Translations under genes and position numbers: made by a program
Assembly (NCBI GenBank): GCA_036172245.1
Contig: JAYWIR010000053.1
Span: 682,001 to 746,000 of the forward strand
DNA length: 64,000 bases
Direction of reading: 5' to 3'
Source of the DNA: Raillietiella orientalis
Taxonomy: Eukaryota
Shown here: piece after piece, positions 1 to 13,500 of the stretch
Position numbering within the stretch: the first letter of the stretch is position 1
How the letters are laid out: each line of letters opens with the position of its first letter
Notes under the pieces: model-generated
The model's input: the letters and a program-made list of their open reading frames with translations, nothing else
What the model was told of the DNA's origin: nothing
Databases searched by the model: none

Positions 1-1459
1 CACTCCCCATCCGCCGACGGACATGGCCGACGCCCCTCATAGAAGGACGGCCCCGCTAGTCCGAATTGAGGAAAGTCAGCGAGAAAGTGGCCCGGGCGAC
101 CGAAAGGGCGGTCACCTCGCCTCTCCAGGCCCCACCTGTGACGCCACTCCGCGCGAACGGTGCGTGGACTTCGCCGCAGTGCGCCGGCCGACTTCGCTCC
201 CCAGCCCGAGGAGGGTCATGCAGCGAAGGAAAGGCAGCTGGGCTCCCACACTTGTGGGTGCACCGCCCTTGAAAGCATTCGAGGGACTTCGTTGAAGCCC
301 CTGCGCCCCACCGCCGGAGGGGCGAGCGCACGGAATCAGGTGGAGCACTGCAGAATCTGGATTCTGGACGGAATGCCGGTGGCGCGGGTCAAACGGAAGG
401 GTGGTCATCCACGACGGTTCATGACTGACCTTTGACAAAGCACTCGGAATCCATGGTCGCCGTCAGCACGTTGACTAACACTCGCCCGACAGAGGGGGTC
501 CATTCGTTTCCGTGGAGATGCTGACCTTATTCAGCTGTCAGAGGCGTCCCGCTTGTCTTTTCAGGTGGCAAGGGGCGACGCCCAGCGGTCTGGTCGTTCG
601 GTGGTGGCAGAAAGTCTCCCGCGTTCAGATTCAGTGCCTGCCCGGCGCATACAGCGCGGCAGCTCTGGACTGCATCTCCCGAATGATCCAGGATGTGGTT
701 GCCAGGGTAACTAGCCCTATCAAGACGTGCTACCCGGTGCTGAGGAGACTTGGTGGGTGGGCGGCTCTTGGTTTCCCCTCCTGCAGCCTCCGGGCTTCCT
801 AGACGCGCCTTCGCACCCACTGCCTAGGCAATGCTACCGATCTGCAGTTCTCAGCCCCTTCGGGAGCAATTTCCCTGGAAGAGGTCAGTGAGTCGGTGGG
901 CGCCACCGTGCACTTCCTCGGGGCTGTTTCATTCCTTGGGGAGGGATGGAGCGCACCCTCGGGGCTGGCGATTGACCGCCGCGCCTTGCTGGAGGACCGG
1001 AATTCGCTTCCCGCGCAAAAGTCCGCAGTCCCATCCATGGATCCACGGAGCGAAGGAGGGGTCAGGGAGATCGCCCGACGTGCAGCTGGTCGGACGGAGA
1101 ACGACAAAGGGGAAGGAGGAGAATAAGGGGCCAAAAATGAATGAGCGACGTCGCCTCACGGGGCGATCTTTCCTGGTCAGGGCCCAGAGGCGACAATCGA
1201 GCTTGGATTCTAAGATTCAGAGAGGGAGAAGAGTTGGGGCTCGGGGGAGGGTGAAAAAAGGAAAGAGGGTAGTGGGCGGGGGTAGATAGAAACGAGGGTG
1301 AGAAAGGTGAGGACGGAATGAAGGTCGCAAGTGAAGCCTGCCTCAGCGAAAGAGCAGCTTAAGGGTGTGGAAGGAAAAGGCGATGGGCGGGAGTTCTTCT
1401 CCCCATCGCCATGGGATGTTCCTTTGCCTCAGGGCTATGAAAGTGTACGAGCAGGGAAC

Positions 1460-1740
1460 CCAGCTTCCTACCAGAAACCCTAAAAGAACCATCGCTCGAA
1501 TAGCAACTGGGTCCCAGCTGCTAGTTAACTAGAAGAGTCCTAGAAAGGACCTAAGTTCCTACCAAAAGCCCTACAAAAGGTCAGATCAAATCCCCATCCG
1601 AACGCCAGTTGAGTTCCCTAGGAAAAGCCCTACAAGAGTCCCTAAGAAGATTCCAGCAGTTAGCTGCCGAAGTCCTTACAAGAGTCCTGCCAAATCCCTT
1701 ACCAGAATGCCAGCCGAGCCTCTACCGGAATCTCTGGAGA
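1460..1740. repeat. degenerate 11-12 bp tandem repeat (CCCTACAAGAGT-like)
   Basis: Recurring units ccctaaaagaa, tcctagaaagga, ccctacaaaagg, ccctacaagagt, ccttacaagagt. Confidence 0.5.
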
Positions 1741-4700
1741 AAGAGGGGGAGGGAGAGGTCAGAGGTCATGCACGGGAATGGGGCGATAAACATACAAAAG
1801 TGAAGAAAGGCGGCACGAGGTTGCAGACCTTCCGGCCGTCGGTCCTTGCACTACGCGGGCGGCGGCGACCTCGCTCGCTCGCTCCGGGAATCAGGAGAGG
1901 TTAGCTCCCCGCTGCGTGCAGATGGTCCGGGAGGGAGGCGCTAGTCTCGCGCGCTGCTGGCGTGGATGGCCGGGAAGCCGGGAGTAGTAGAATCCCAGTT
2001 CGAATGTCGCCTCCAGGAAGCATCAGGGACGGACTGCCTCGATGCCACGCTCAAGTTGGCGCTGCAGAGGGCAGATCAGTCCTCGGAGGCACCCCATTTT
2101 CTTCGTGGCTTCTCTCATCTTTCTTTAGCACCGCTGCCTCGGCAGTACGTGGCTGCTCTGCCTTTGTGCTGAGGCAAGGCCTTCCCGTTGACTCGGGCGG
2201 CGCCGCCAATTTCCCTTCTCCGCTGCCGAAGTCCCAGTGACCGTGGCAACCTGTGGCGTTCGTGAGCGAGTCTTCCTTATCTTCGGGAAAGCAGCTCGAC
2301 TCCGCCGAGATCTCTGCCGCGTGGAGACCTCGATGGAGCCGCGCCGATGGCATGGCCACCGTTCCCACGGCAGCGGTGATGCTCATGCAAAAATGCGTTT
2401 GAGGAGCTTCGGTTCCGTTGAAACTCACGGGAACTATGGGGGGGAGAGGAGGAAGGGTAGGGAGCGGATGCGTGCCCTCCTCGCGAAGTCGGCGCAGATC
2501 CGCCTGCGAGGCGCACCTCCTTCGGACGGGCTTCCACTACCGGGAATCAGCGAGGAAGTCGGTCGCCCCCCACGGCTCTCTGGCAGAGGTGGGTGACAGA
2601 GGCGGGAGAGTGCGATTGTCCAGCTTCCCTGCGTGATTGCGTCCGCGACACGCGCGCTTCCGTTCTCAAGTGCACTTCCGCTTGCCTTTTTCCGGGATAT
2701 TCGGTGAGTATTTGCCAACAATGCTGCGCGATCGCGATTGGTGCTCTATTAATATCTCACGCACGGCGCTATATATAGATGACTGCCAACAGTGGTGTTC
2801 GCACGGCTGGGGTTTATTAATATCTCCCTCCCCCCGACGCGGCGGCATGCGCTCGTCGCACTTTTCTCAGGTGGAGATCGACCGCACCGGTCGAGTACTT
2901 CTCAAGAAAGGCGGGAAAGAGCCGGATGCGAGTTTCTGTAGTTACGGTCGCGGAGGAAGAGAGACGGGAGGAGGGATTATCTCTTTCTCCACTCCCATCC
3001 CCGCCATCGCGATTCGGGCACGTTGATCGATGTCGACTAAATAGGAGGGCACGCAGTACACGCACACTTTGCCAAAGCGGGATGGAAAAGGAGTTCTTGG
3101 AGAATATGGGATCACAGCTGTCGAGGAGGGAAGAGGCAGAGGGAACGTGAATGTTAACCCATTCAGCATCTCCCGCGTCCGCCTACACCCCTGTTCCTGC
3201 TTTTCCGAGACGGAGGGGGGGACCGTGCGCGCCTTTAGAGGGAGAGTGTGTCCTTCCTGCGTCCGGAGCAGACGATTCAGCCTCGGCAAACAAAAAGGGG
3301 CAAAGAAACGCTTGTGTGCTCCTGGTTGAGGACAGCAGGCACTCCCTGCGACCGCGAGGTCCCGTTTCTCTGGTAGCGGGTCTGCGGCAAGAGGACGTGA
3401 GAGTCCCTGCGAGTCTCTCTGTCTCTTTCGTGACGACGGTTTCATGGAATAACAGAGGCCTCGCCTCCGCTATCCTGCGAAAGGGGAGGCCGAACTGCTT
3501 GCTGGCATCAAATAAATAAACAAACAACTGTGAAAAAGAAGGAAAACCCGGAAGCCGAAAACGAGAAAAGAGGAAAAATCCGAACCAAAGAGATGCGACG
3601 AAGGGCGTAGGAAGCACTTTCTTTCTTGTCCCTTGCATATACCGCTAGAGGGGCACGGTCGCTTTTTTCCAGTCCGCCGCGACTCCTTCAGGGTTCCCTC
3701 CTCTCCTAATGGGAATGGCCGGGAAAGTGGGAAGGCCGAAACGGAAGATGGCTAATCCATCCTTCTCTGAGATAGCAACAATGCGTGAGCGACAGACAGC
3801 CCATTTTTTTCTTTTTCCTTTCTTCAGAGGTTTCTCATCAGTACGGGGAGGATCGCAGACGGGGAGGTGGGCGACGAAGACTAACGGGGGCCATCTCCCT
3901 TCGCGAGTGACGAGGCCACTGGAGTTCGCGTCCCCCTCATGCCTGCTGAGAGCTCAGACTAGTCGCGCGTTGCCGCGAATGGAGCGTGACCCCGCTGGAC
4001 GCTGGAAAGGAGGGGGGACGAAGAGAGGAAGCATACAGAAAGAAAAAAAAACAAAAGAGCAGGCAGACGTACCCCGTTCCTCCCTCCCCTTCTGCGCACG
4101 CGCGCGCGAGTCGTCGTCGTCTTCCCCGCTCAAGAAAGACGGAAAATGCTGCGTCTTCGGGGACCGCGGCACGCTGACGCTCGTGAAGATAGCGCTCGGT
4201 GGTGGTCTCTGCCTCTTTGATTTGTTCCGAGGAGGAGTCAGGAGTGGGACGTGAGGGGAAGGGGAGGGGGAGAGAAAGGGGAGGAGGACGCATCCGCGCG
4301 CAGCCTCCCAGGAGACGAAAGATGCCGCTGAGATTATTTGTTCCTCTTCTTCGGTCCTCGCGCTTCTTCCTCCCCGAGAGTCTTTCCCGCTCTTCTCTGC
4401 TCCAGAGAAAGAGGTTCCGCGAGGATCCACGCTCTCCGGCAGACGCGGATGGGACGCGCATAAATTACCGCTTAATGCTGGAAATCATGAAGGCTCACCA
4501 CTCGCGAAAGGCGCCGGGTGAGCGATGGAGATGAATGGTCGGCAGCTGCGCACGGGAGTGACAAGTTCATCTCGGATTAAAAACTCCCCAAGACTCCCCG
4601 CGTTTCGTTTTTGCAGCTCCTCTTTCCGCTTCCCTTCTTGCTCTCCTTTTCCAACTCCCTTCACTACTCGCGAGTGCGCCATGTGCGTACGAGGCGGAGA

Positions 4701-5559
4701 TGAACGGAGTAGTAGGGATGGAGGGGGACCCAGCGAGGTAGCAACGCGAGCGCGGGGTGCAGCAGCAGCGGAGGACGGGGAATCGGCGAGCCGCGCCTTC
4801 CGGAGCCGCTCCCGAAGGCAGGAAGGGGAAGACGGGGAGGAGGAAGGGACAACGGCAACGAGGTTCGTTAGGTATAAAGGGAAGCTTCGTCGCTTCTCCG
4901 AGAGATGACAGGCCGAGAGGTTCGCGTCTGAAGAAAGCGGCCGTGCTTTCGGGTGATGCTTTTCAGGGCAGGCATCTGACTCAAGTGTGAGCAGGAGGGA
5001 GCTGGTCGCGAGTCAGGATTCCCTCTGGGGAGCTGGCATCGCCACTCTTTGCATCCTTCTGTCTTCTTTTTTTTCTTGGGAAAAACATGACGGGAAGCGC
5101 GCGGTTTCCTTGGTTACGCGTCGCTTCGGATCGGATGCACGCAGTCTATTTTCGAGTGCCTCTCAAGGCAAGGAGGAGAGCGAGGATACGGAAGGAGGAA
5201 GAAGAAGGTCATCTCTTTTGCTGAGGAACCTCCGACTGCGTCCCTCTTGAGCTGGGTGGTTCAGGACGGCAGGCAGAGGGTGTTTGGGGCTCGAGCTCAT
5301 CTGCTGTGCAGAGCACGACCTCGCCTCCGAAGCCATCCCGGGGTCGCTGTGAGTTGCCCTTGGTGTGCCCCGCGTTCCCTTGGGCGGAGGCGGCTGGTCC
5401 CCAGGGGGACGCTGCCCTGTCGTGTGGAGCGCCCTCTGTCCTTCCAGACTGCCTTCAAGGGAGGAAACGAAGGGAGCGGCAACCATGGAGATGAAGGCTG
5501 CTGTCGCGATGGTGCTCGTGAGGACGACAAAAGGCATGGGGAGACAGCGATACTGACAG

Positions 5560-6420
5560 CGGGGACGATGATGATGACCATGGTGATGATGATTATGAAG
5601 CCAATAGCAGTGACTATCGTGACGATAACGGTGATGGTCAATGATGAAGGCGATGGTAGTGGTACTGGCTAGAGACACGACTGGAGCTCGTCATCATATT
5701 CATCACCGTCACCGTCATCAGTATCGTCATCAGCACGATCTTCCTTCTCGTCATCACCACCGTCTTGTCGTCATTGCAAACATGGCCACCATCACAATCT
5801 TCACCGTGTTCCCAGTCATTATCATCTCATCGTCACTGTCATGTCCGCCACAATCACGACAACCATAACAACGATCACCGTCATCGAACGGTGATGATGG
5901 AGAGAGGGACGATGTTGTAGTAGGTGGCGGTTAGGACGGCAATAGCATTGCCGGTAGCTAAGACAGTGGTGATGATGCAACGACAGTGGCGACGCTAGCT
6001 GGCATTCATGGCCATGATGACCGTAACAATGACAATGAGAAGAGAAGTGACAAAGGTGTCTTACATTGGTAATGGCAATGACGGCAACGACGCCGATGAT
6101 GATGAGGGTGCCAAAGACGGCAGCGGCTGCAACGCAGCCTATGAACGACAACCACCACCATCACCACCGTCATCATCATCATCGTCATGACCTGGTGACG
6201 GAGATGATGTTGATGATGATGGCGACGGTCACGAGGACGATCAAAGTGGAATAACGGTGACCATCACGACGACCTGAACGGCGGTTCTTGAGATAATGAC
6301 GTTGATGATGATAAAGGCGGTGACAGAGGTAATGAAAGAGGGCGTTTGGTGATGGTGATCATCATTGTCATCCTCGGATGGCGATGAGCACGACAACAGT
6401 AATGATGACGGTGATGGGAA
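5560..6420. repeat. degenerate (ATG/CAT)n simple repeat with alternating polarity
   Basis: Blocks of gatgatgat/ggtgat alternate with catcatcac blocks; source of the His/Met-rich ORFs. Confidence 0.8.
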
Positions 6421-7199
6421 GGAGGAATGGAGGAAGGGTATGAAAAAGAAACGCTTCCTGCCCACAGAGGGCTCTCGCCTCCGTGAGACGGGCCTCTGCC
6501 GTCCTTGCAACAGGGGAGAAGGGATCCTCCTCTACTATGCTGTTCCTGGACCGGGGGAAGGGCAAGGAAGCGGCCCTACCTGGTGTAATGACCGAAAAGA
6601 AGCAGGAAGAGCGGTATCGTGCGGAAGCCACCGGGAGATTCGGTCCCCCACACGGTGGCTGGCAAGGCGGTGTGTAGATGGCGCCTCCTTCCTGGGAGTC
6701 GCTGTACGCGACCCGGAATCCCTCGGGAGGGGGAAACAAAAAAACGAAAACGAGAAAAAAAGGGAAAAGGGAGGGGGAAATTTCGGGGAGGGGGGGGGGA
6801 AGGTGAGGGAGGTGGGCGGAGGCTCTAGTTCTCTCCAGGCGAGTCCCTGCAACCCGTGTTCGGCCCGCGCGCAGTTCCGGAGGGATGCAAAGCGATCCGG
6901 CCAGCCACCCCCCCTGCGCAAGTCCGGAGGACAATGGGGCACGAAGAGGGAGAGGGTGCAAGCGGGATCAGCGTGGCTTCTCGCGGTGTGGCTGCGGCAG
7001 GGGATTCCGGAGGGAGGGAGGCCTCCCGACCCTCTCCCTCTGTTGCTTCCGTCGGGAACTCCCCGCACTGGCAACACCCGAGAACCGCCCCTTCAACAGC
7101 GTTGTGGTCGCAATCATCTTGCCTGCGGGGCCGCACTCGACCCGTATGGAACACACAGAGAGACGGCACGAGCCGAAGGATTCCCTGAAAAATTCCAGC

Positions 7200-7420
7200 C
7201 CTTCCATACTCCTGTCTTTCCCCTGTACTTCCCCTTAACCCCGCTGCACCCCCATTTCTCCACTTCCTCTGTACCTCCCACAGACCCCTCCACCTCATCC
7301 ATGTTCTTCCATCTCTACTCCATACCCCTCTACTCTTTTTCCCCCCTCTCACCCTATACTTCTTCCCGGTTCCCTTCTCCCACCATCCCATATACCCATC
7401 ATTTATTCCCTATCTTCCAT
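7200..7420. repeat. C-rich low-complexity tract
   Basis: ccttccatactcc-like runs, strongly G-depleted. Confidence 0.6.
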
Positions 7421-9659
7421 GGGGTTTGTCTGTTATCCAGAGCGCGAGGGGGAGAAGGAGGGGTCACAGAGGCGCTTCGGGGGGAGAGGCCAGCAGCTGC
7501 ACTTCGGGAGCCTCGCTCACGTCTCGCGCGCGACGCAGAGCTCTCTATTGGGCACAGTCGAAACTAACGCTCACGTTTGCGCTGCCCGCCTTCGGCAACC
7601 TTCCGGCCCTGTAGCTGCGACTCTGCTTTCCTCGCGTTGCTGGTGTGGGTGGGAGGTTGGGTCCAGCAGGGCCAGTTCGGTCGGCGTTCCGGCTGCCGGA
7701 GGGGAGGAGAAATTCGCAGGCGGAATCGAAACGCTTCCTCCCTTTCGCTTTCCGGACTGTCAGCTATCGTCCGCCCGCGGCGGACGGAGACCCCTGTGTA
7801 ATCGAGATGGGACACTCCAGCCAAATCTAGTCTCCCAGGACAACACGACATGGAATCAGCGAGACGCACTCTCGAACGGAAGCCTCTGGAAGGGGGCGGT
7901 CCGAGACTGAGCTGCGAGTGCGGCAGAATGCACGATGCCCTGAGGGGAAGAGGCAAGTCGCGTCTTCTGCCAACCATGCGAGTGAGGGAGGAGGGAGGGA
8001 GGAGAAAGGAGACCGCTTGCGTGGGCGGAGGGCGCTGCTGTCGAGGACACGGGGCCACCGCTCGTCGCTCGGATGCGCGAGCTCCCAGTGGTCTCGGCAA
8101 CGCCCAGCTCGTGGACGGGCACGGGGCGTATGGGCGCGTCCTTCTCCGCCTGGCCCGAGCCGCAGCGTCCTCAGATAGGACCGCGCAGTGGACCGGGAGG
8201 ACGCTAAAGCGCGCCTGCCTCGGCTCCCTCTTCCCTACCCTCCTTACCGCTGGATGGACACTTGGAAAGGGCGCGGACTTTCCCCTAGCCTAGAGGCAGC
8301 TTAGGTCAGCCTCTTACGAAATTTCGATCACTTGGAAGGCCTCTAGACGTCCACGTGACTGCAAAGTACGTTTTTGCATTGCAGGCATCGTACAACCCGC
8401 TTTGTACGCGATCGCATTCACCGTACAGTAGCGTGCGTTGTAAGAGCCGCGAGCTGGAATGGCAACCCGAGATGTGATGGCGCCTAACAGTGGGTGCCTG
8501 GAGCAGCATTTCCCACCTGAGATCCTGAGGTCAGAAAACACGCGGAAACATTAGAGAGGTCTTCTGCTCTTCCACTTCCCCCTTTTCGGCCATTCCTGTT
8601 TACGAGGACCACAACGGATTTGCAGCAGCCGCAAGGAGTCATGCAATGAGGTTCACTGGCAGATGCTGCAACCTGCAGTGATGTGGAGAATGCGCGCAAA
8701 GGATGCAGAACGAGCGCCCAATGTAGCACTCCAAACCGTTGCCACGAGATGTATAGGTCGTCCCATGCCGCTGCTAAGTGATCCGCAGTCCCTGAGCAAA
8801 GGAGTTGCCGGAGGTGCGTTGGACTCGGAACTCGGGACCAGCCTGGAGCCTACCTAGTGTCCTCGCGAGCGTCCACGAAGGAGGAGGAAGCTGTTCCAGC
8901 ACCAAAGTCACGGGTGGAAACCGTGAGCTGGAAAATCCTACCACCCTCGTGTAGCTGAGGATGCTGCAGAGTCAAGGGAGGCCCCCTTGGCGCCGCAGCA
9001 TCCGCAATAAGTCCCAACGAGCCATTTGCGCGAAGTCCTCTTGCACATCGGGCCTCCAAGGTCTTCCTGGAGCAGCATCCTAAATCGAGGTCTCATCTGC
9101 TAGAGGCGGTTTCGTGCTCGCTCTCAAAGTATCCAACCCATACTAAACCTCTTTCCCATTAATAATCACTACCGCTCTGAGCGCACCTCAGCCGGAGCCG
9201 ACGCTCATCCTAGAAACCAGCGCCTACCCCTGGATACGACGAGCGTTTCCTTCTTGGTCGCACAGCAACGCGGCAGCAGGTTTGGTTCGTCCTGTGGCTC
9301 CAGAAGAAACGCGTGACCCCAGGGGCCGCTCATGACCGCTGAGCAATGGGTTATCGACCCGGACAGCCCGCCCTCCTGCACCTCCGGGACGGTTCGGGTC
9401 ACTTAGGTCGCGATCCTTGCTTCACTGGATGGAACTCTTTGTTCTTCCGGACCCCGACGGCAGCCAGCTATCCCGGGGATGACGGTGGAGGCCAGAATAG
9501 GGTGAAGGTGATCGATCCTGAGCAAAGTGATGCTGGGTTTCCATCCAGTGCATCACCTGCGGAACCTGCCGAGACGCCGGCACGCAGACCGGCGAGGTTC
9601 GCCTCGGCGGTCGAATAAAAAGAAAAATAAAAGTATATAAATAAATAAATATATCATAA

Positions 9660-10580
9660 ATATATGGAGAGATCGGATTCTGCTGGAGAACTCCCTCTGC
9701 ATCCTTGCCAGGATGCCGGCAAGTTCCCTCAGGACAGTTTCCAGATAGTGCCGTCTCGCGCGATCCTCAGGAAGCGGACCGCAGAGTGGACGACGTTCCT
9801 GACCTTCTCTGTTGGCGATCCAGGCCGCCACGAAACCGTGCAGGCAGCAGAGGGCTGCTAGAGACAGCTGGCGTGAGGGGGTCACGCACGATGAGCACTT
9901 CGCAACGTCTCAAGGGCTGCCGCCGAGGGGATGCGCAGGGTCACGGCAAAGCGTTCCCAAAGCGGCTGGAGGGCATCACAGTCACCGCAAGGGAGTGCGG
10001 GAGGGATTCCCGTACCCCTCACCTGAGACAGCCCACTGTCCGGTGACGTCGGCGGGAGTTGCACAGGACGCCTCAGTGCAATGGGAGGGTCACCCACTCC
10101 CACTTCAGTGGGAGGGTCTGAGTGGAGCACTGAGGTTCAGTGGGATCTCCGGGTAGAGATCCGAGCAGCGTGTCCCAGCGTGAAAGTTCTGTCGGCAGGT
10201 CACCTGGGATCACAGCGCCTGAGAGTTAGCCACCTATAGCCTTCCTCCTGGAGTCGATCTCACAGGATTCTTCGCCAGAACACTGGTGTCCAGATGCTCC
10301 CTCAGGGGGGACGGCGCGGCTGCCAAGGAGGTCGATCCGGTCTGAGGGCATTTGGCGCGACGAGTGACGATCTCCCTGAGCAAGGAGCTTCTGCAGGAAG
10401 AAGGAGTGCAGCATACGCTGCTGTGACTCCGCGCTCACCTCGTTGTACTTTGCCCATGTGAAAACGGTTTTCGGACAATCAGGCACCACCTTCGCGGGTC
10501 GGCAGGAGATCCAAGTGTTATCTCTGGTCAGCGCAGCCACCCACTGGAGTTGAAAAGTGATGCTGCGTAGGGTGAAGGTG
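9660..10580 (-). mobile_element. decayed L1/Tx1-like LINE ORF2 C-terminus
   Basis: Frameshifted translation gives FQLQWVAAL, RWDTLLG..P, VLHSDPPTEVGVGD, LH*GVLCNSR..GCLR*GVRESLPH..DCDALQPLW, resembling the Tx1-type PPL..GDL.WR.LHG and CCHC finger region. Confidence 0.5.
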
Positions 10581-13500
10581 ATGGCAGCCGCATTGCCCCA
10601 GCGCCAGCGATGGCAGTCGGGATGAATGACGATTCTGGTGTCATCGACGATGACTGTGACGGCCATTAAAAGAAGGATGAGGAAGAGGAAGCACAGCATA
10701 TTTCTAAAAGGAATACGAGGTGGATGGGAAACGAGTGAGGATGCAAGGGATACGCAGGTGCAGGTCGCCCGGCAGCCGACGGCTACGCCTCCTCAGCAAC
10801 CGAACGCTGAGAACTTTCGCTTGACTTGCCCTGAGAAATCGAGACGCCCTGATAGATAAGGAAGGGGCGGTTGATTTCCGGCCACGCGCCTCCTCTCCGA
10901 GAGCACGCGTGGATCAAGTTTTGAACGCGGTTGAAACGTGGCTACGCGTTACTGCACGGCGAAAACATCCAAGCAGCCTGAACCGAGGTTCATCGCACGA
11001 AAGTCAAAGCATCCGTACCCCCACCCCATTTTCAAGACTCCACTCCCCGTCGGGTGCTTTGCAGATGTCGGATTGCAGACGGAGGACCTCGTTCCCTGAC
11101 TCGCTATGGAAAATCTGCAGCGGTGACAATGCTGCGGGCGTGGTGCCTTCGAACTGAAAGCCAGAGGAGCGCTCTGGGGTCCCAGACTGGAATGGAATTG
11201 TGGCGCCCGCAAATGTACCAGTGACTGCGCTTCGTAACTTCGGCGAGCAACCCGAAGGAGCGTTGCGAAGGAAGTAGGAAAACCGGAAGGAAAAAGAACT
11301 GTCCGGCAGGAGTCCCGCCTTCGCGATTTGACCGTCTTCCCAAGAATGCACGTCCTTGGCCCCGAAACGGGTCTCAGCAATGCCAGCGGGCACTTCCACA
11401 GTTCCACCGCAGCGTACCGAAAGCGCCTGCACCTCTTTCTTCACTCATCTCATCTCCATCACCACCAGCGTTTCCCGCCGTGTGCCGGGTCGTTATGGGG
11501 AACTCCTTCAGGAACTCCAGCTGCTTTTCCGTGTGGCTACTCGCCATCAGGGAACTCTTCGACCGTTCTCCTGAAAGCGCATTCGCCACACGAAATGTGC
11601 CCGACTTGTGGACGATGTCGTTGCAGGATTCCGGCCAATGGGCTCTCCTCACCACTCCCGGAGGGCAGAACGGAGTGAGATGAAAGGGAGGGGGGATGAG
11701 TCCTCCCGCGATCCCAATTGTTTGCCGGTTCGGTGATGCTGGGTAGTCAGGTTCTGATTGGGGCGATGTAAAGAGGGGTGATGCTGAAGAGGTTCCGTCG
11801 GCCGTCGGCCACGGCACACGGAGCGACGCAGCGTGGCCCCCGGTAACCTCGGGCAGCACCGCCGTCACCTCGCATCTGCTTCCAGTAGAGATCGTTCGAG
11901 ACGCCGGGTCAAGGGTGCGCCGGAGAGTGCACGCTTCGGGCGCCAAGACCACCGCGGGCAGCCCACGCAAAAGGGCTGATTCGCCCTTGTCGCAGACGCG
12001 CTCCCCTCCCCGCGGACCCCGGTCCCGCCGCGCATAGCCGCTTCCTGCGGGGCGGTGCCCCTGCGATTCCCTGACCAGAGCGTCGCTCGACCGAGCCAAC
12101 TTCCTGTAGGGGCCATGCGGATCGCCAGCGTGGAGGGTCGGCACCACGTTTTCGTCGGAGAGAGAACTCCCGAGGAGTGCTGGCAACGCTGCCGCGCTTG
12201 CCGGCCCTCGGATGCGGAAGGTCGCCTCGGAGACGGACACGCGCTCCCTGGACGACTCGGACCCTCTCGAAGAGACGAGCGTCTTTGGGAGGGTCTGAGG
12301 GATGCCCTCTGGTTGGCGAGGGAGCGTGGCCGTCCTCCGTAGCAGCCGTCGCCAGCAAGAGCAACGCAGGGAAATGGCACCACCCGGAAGTGCGAGGTGC
12401 ATGGATGTCCTCCACCCGTGTGCAGACCGACTCAGCACCAGTTCCTCCCTCCCCTCCCCCCTCCCATTTCACTCCTTTCCCACGCGGACCCCACGAAAAT
12501 CTGGCCACCAGTTCCCATTCCTTTCTTCCTCTCTTGTGCCGCTCGCCCCAGTGGCGATGGTCGCTGCGACCGAAGGCATCCATCTTGACCCGTTTTTCTT
12601 TATTGATTTATTTGAAAGAAACGGCCCGGGGTGCGGAATTGAAGAGACGGTCAAAGAAAGGAAGTCTTCCCGGAGCCACCCCGGTGCCACCAAGTGGACC
12701 TTCGGACCTGCTGAGCGCACTTCTCGCGCGCAGAGGCTCCTCGGGAACGGAGTGGCGCGCCCAAGGATCAACGAAATCGACAACTCGTGCTGCGGCGTCG
12801 AGGACCGGACGGTCGGCTTGGAAACGGTCGGCTGGCTACGGGGACCTGCCACATCCGCTCCTCCTTCCGCCGCGGCTTCCTCCACGCAGCTTCGAGTAGC
12901 GCGAGGAAGCTGCCTGGGGCAACCGTTCAAATCTTCAGCAGTGCCTCCGCTTCCTGGGAGACCTCTTCCATCTTGTTCTTAGGGTCCGCCTCTTCCGCTG
13001 CAGCATTCCGTAGAGGGCGCTTGACCCAGGACCCGACGGTACTCACCGGATTTGGTGCCACTCGGCTTGAAAGAGGAGCAGGCCGCGGCTTTGTCGCCCG
13101 GCCTGCTCAGGCAGTTCGCGGTGTGGTGGTTGGCGCGGATTTTCTTCCTGGACGGCCGCGGGGTGCACGGGTAGCGCAGCTCCTCATGAGAGCTCTCTGG
13201 AGGACTGGTGCCTGCCGGCGCGGGCGGCTGCCTGCCGGCCTTCACCTGCGAGGAGGCGCGTTTGCTTGTTTCTCGCCCGTGCTCGCGCGCGCGCCACAGA
13301 CCTTGGACTGCGTCTTCTGGAGCCTGCAGCAGCCAGGAAGACTGTTCAGAGTGTCCCCGTAAAAGTACGCCCCTTCTCCGTGTCCTGAGCTGGACGGGGA
13401 GCTGCTGTCCCAGGCGACGTCGCTTAAGTTTGCAGGGTTGTCTGGAGGGAGAGCACGCGTGAAAAACAGTGGATGCGCTCGCGAGCCAGGCGGTCGAGGC

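Noticed and set aside
3642..3656. CTCF-like motif CCGCTAGAGGGGCAC (also 47147)
   Set aside because: Imperfect match; such near-matches are expected by chance in GC-rich DNA.
6365..7567. 400-aa plus-strand ORF
   Set aside because: Made of low-complexity and GC-rich sequence, no domain motifs; long open frames are expected at this GC content.
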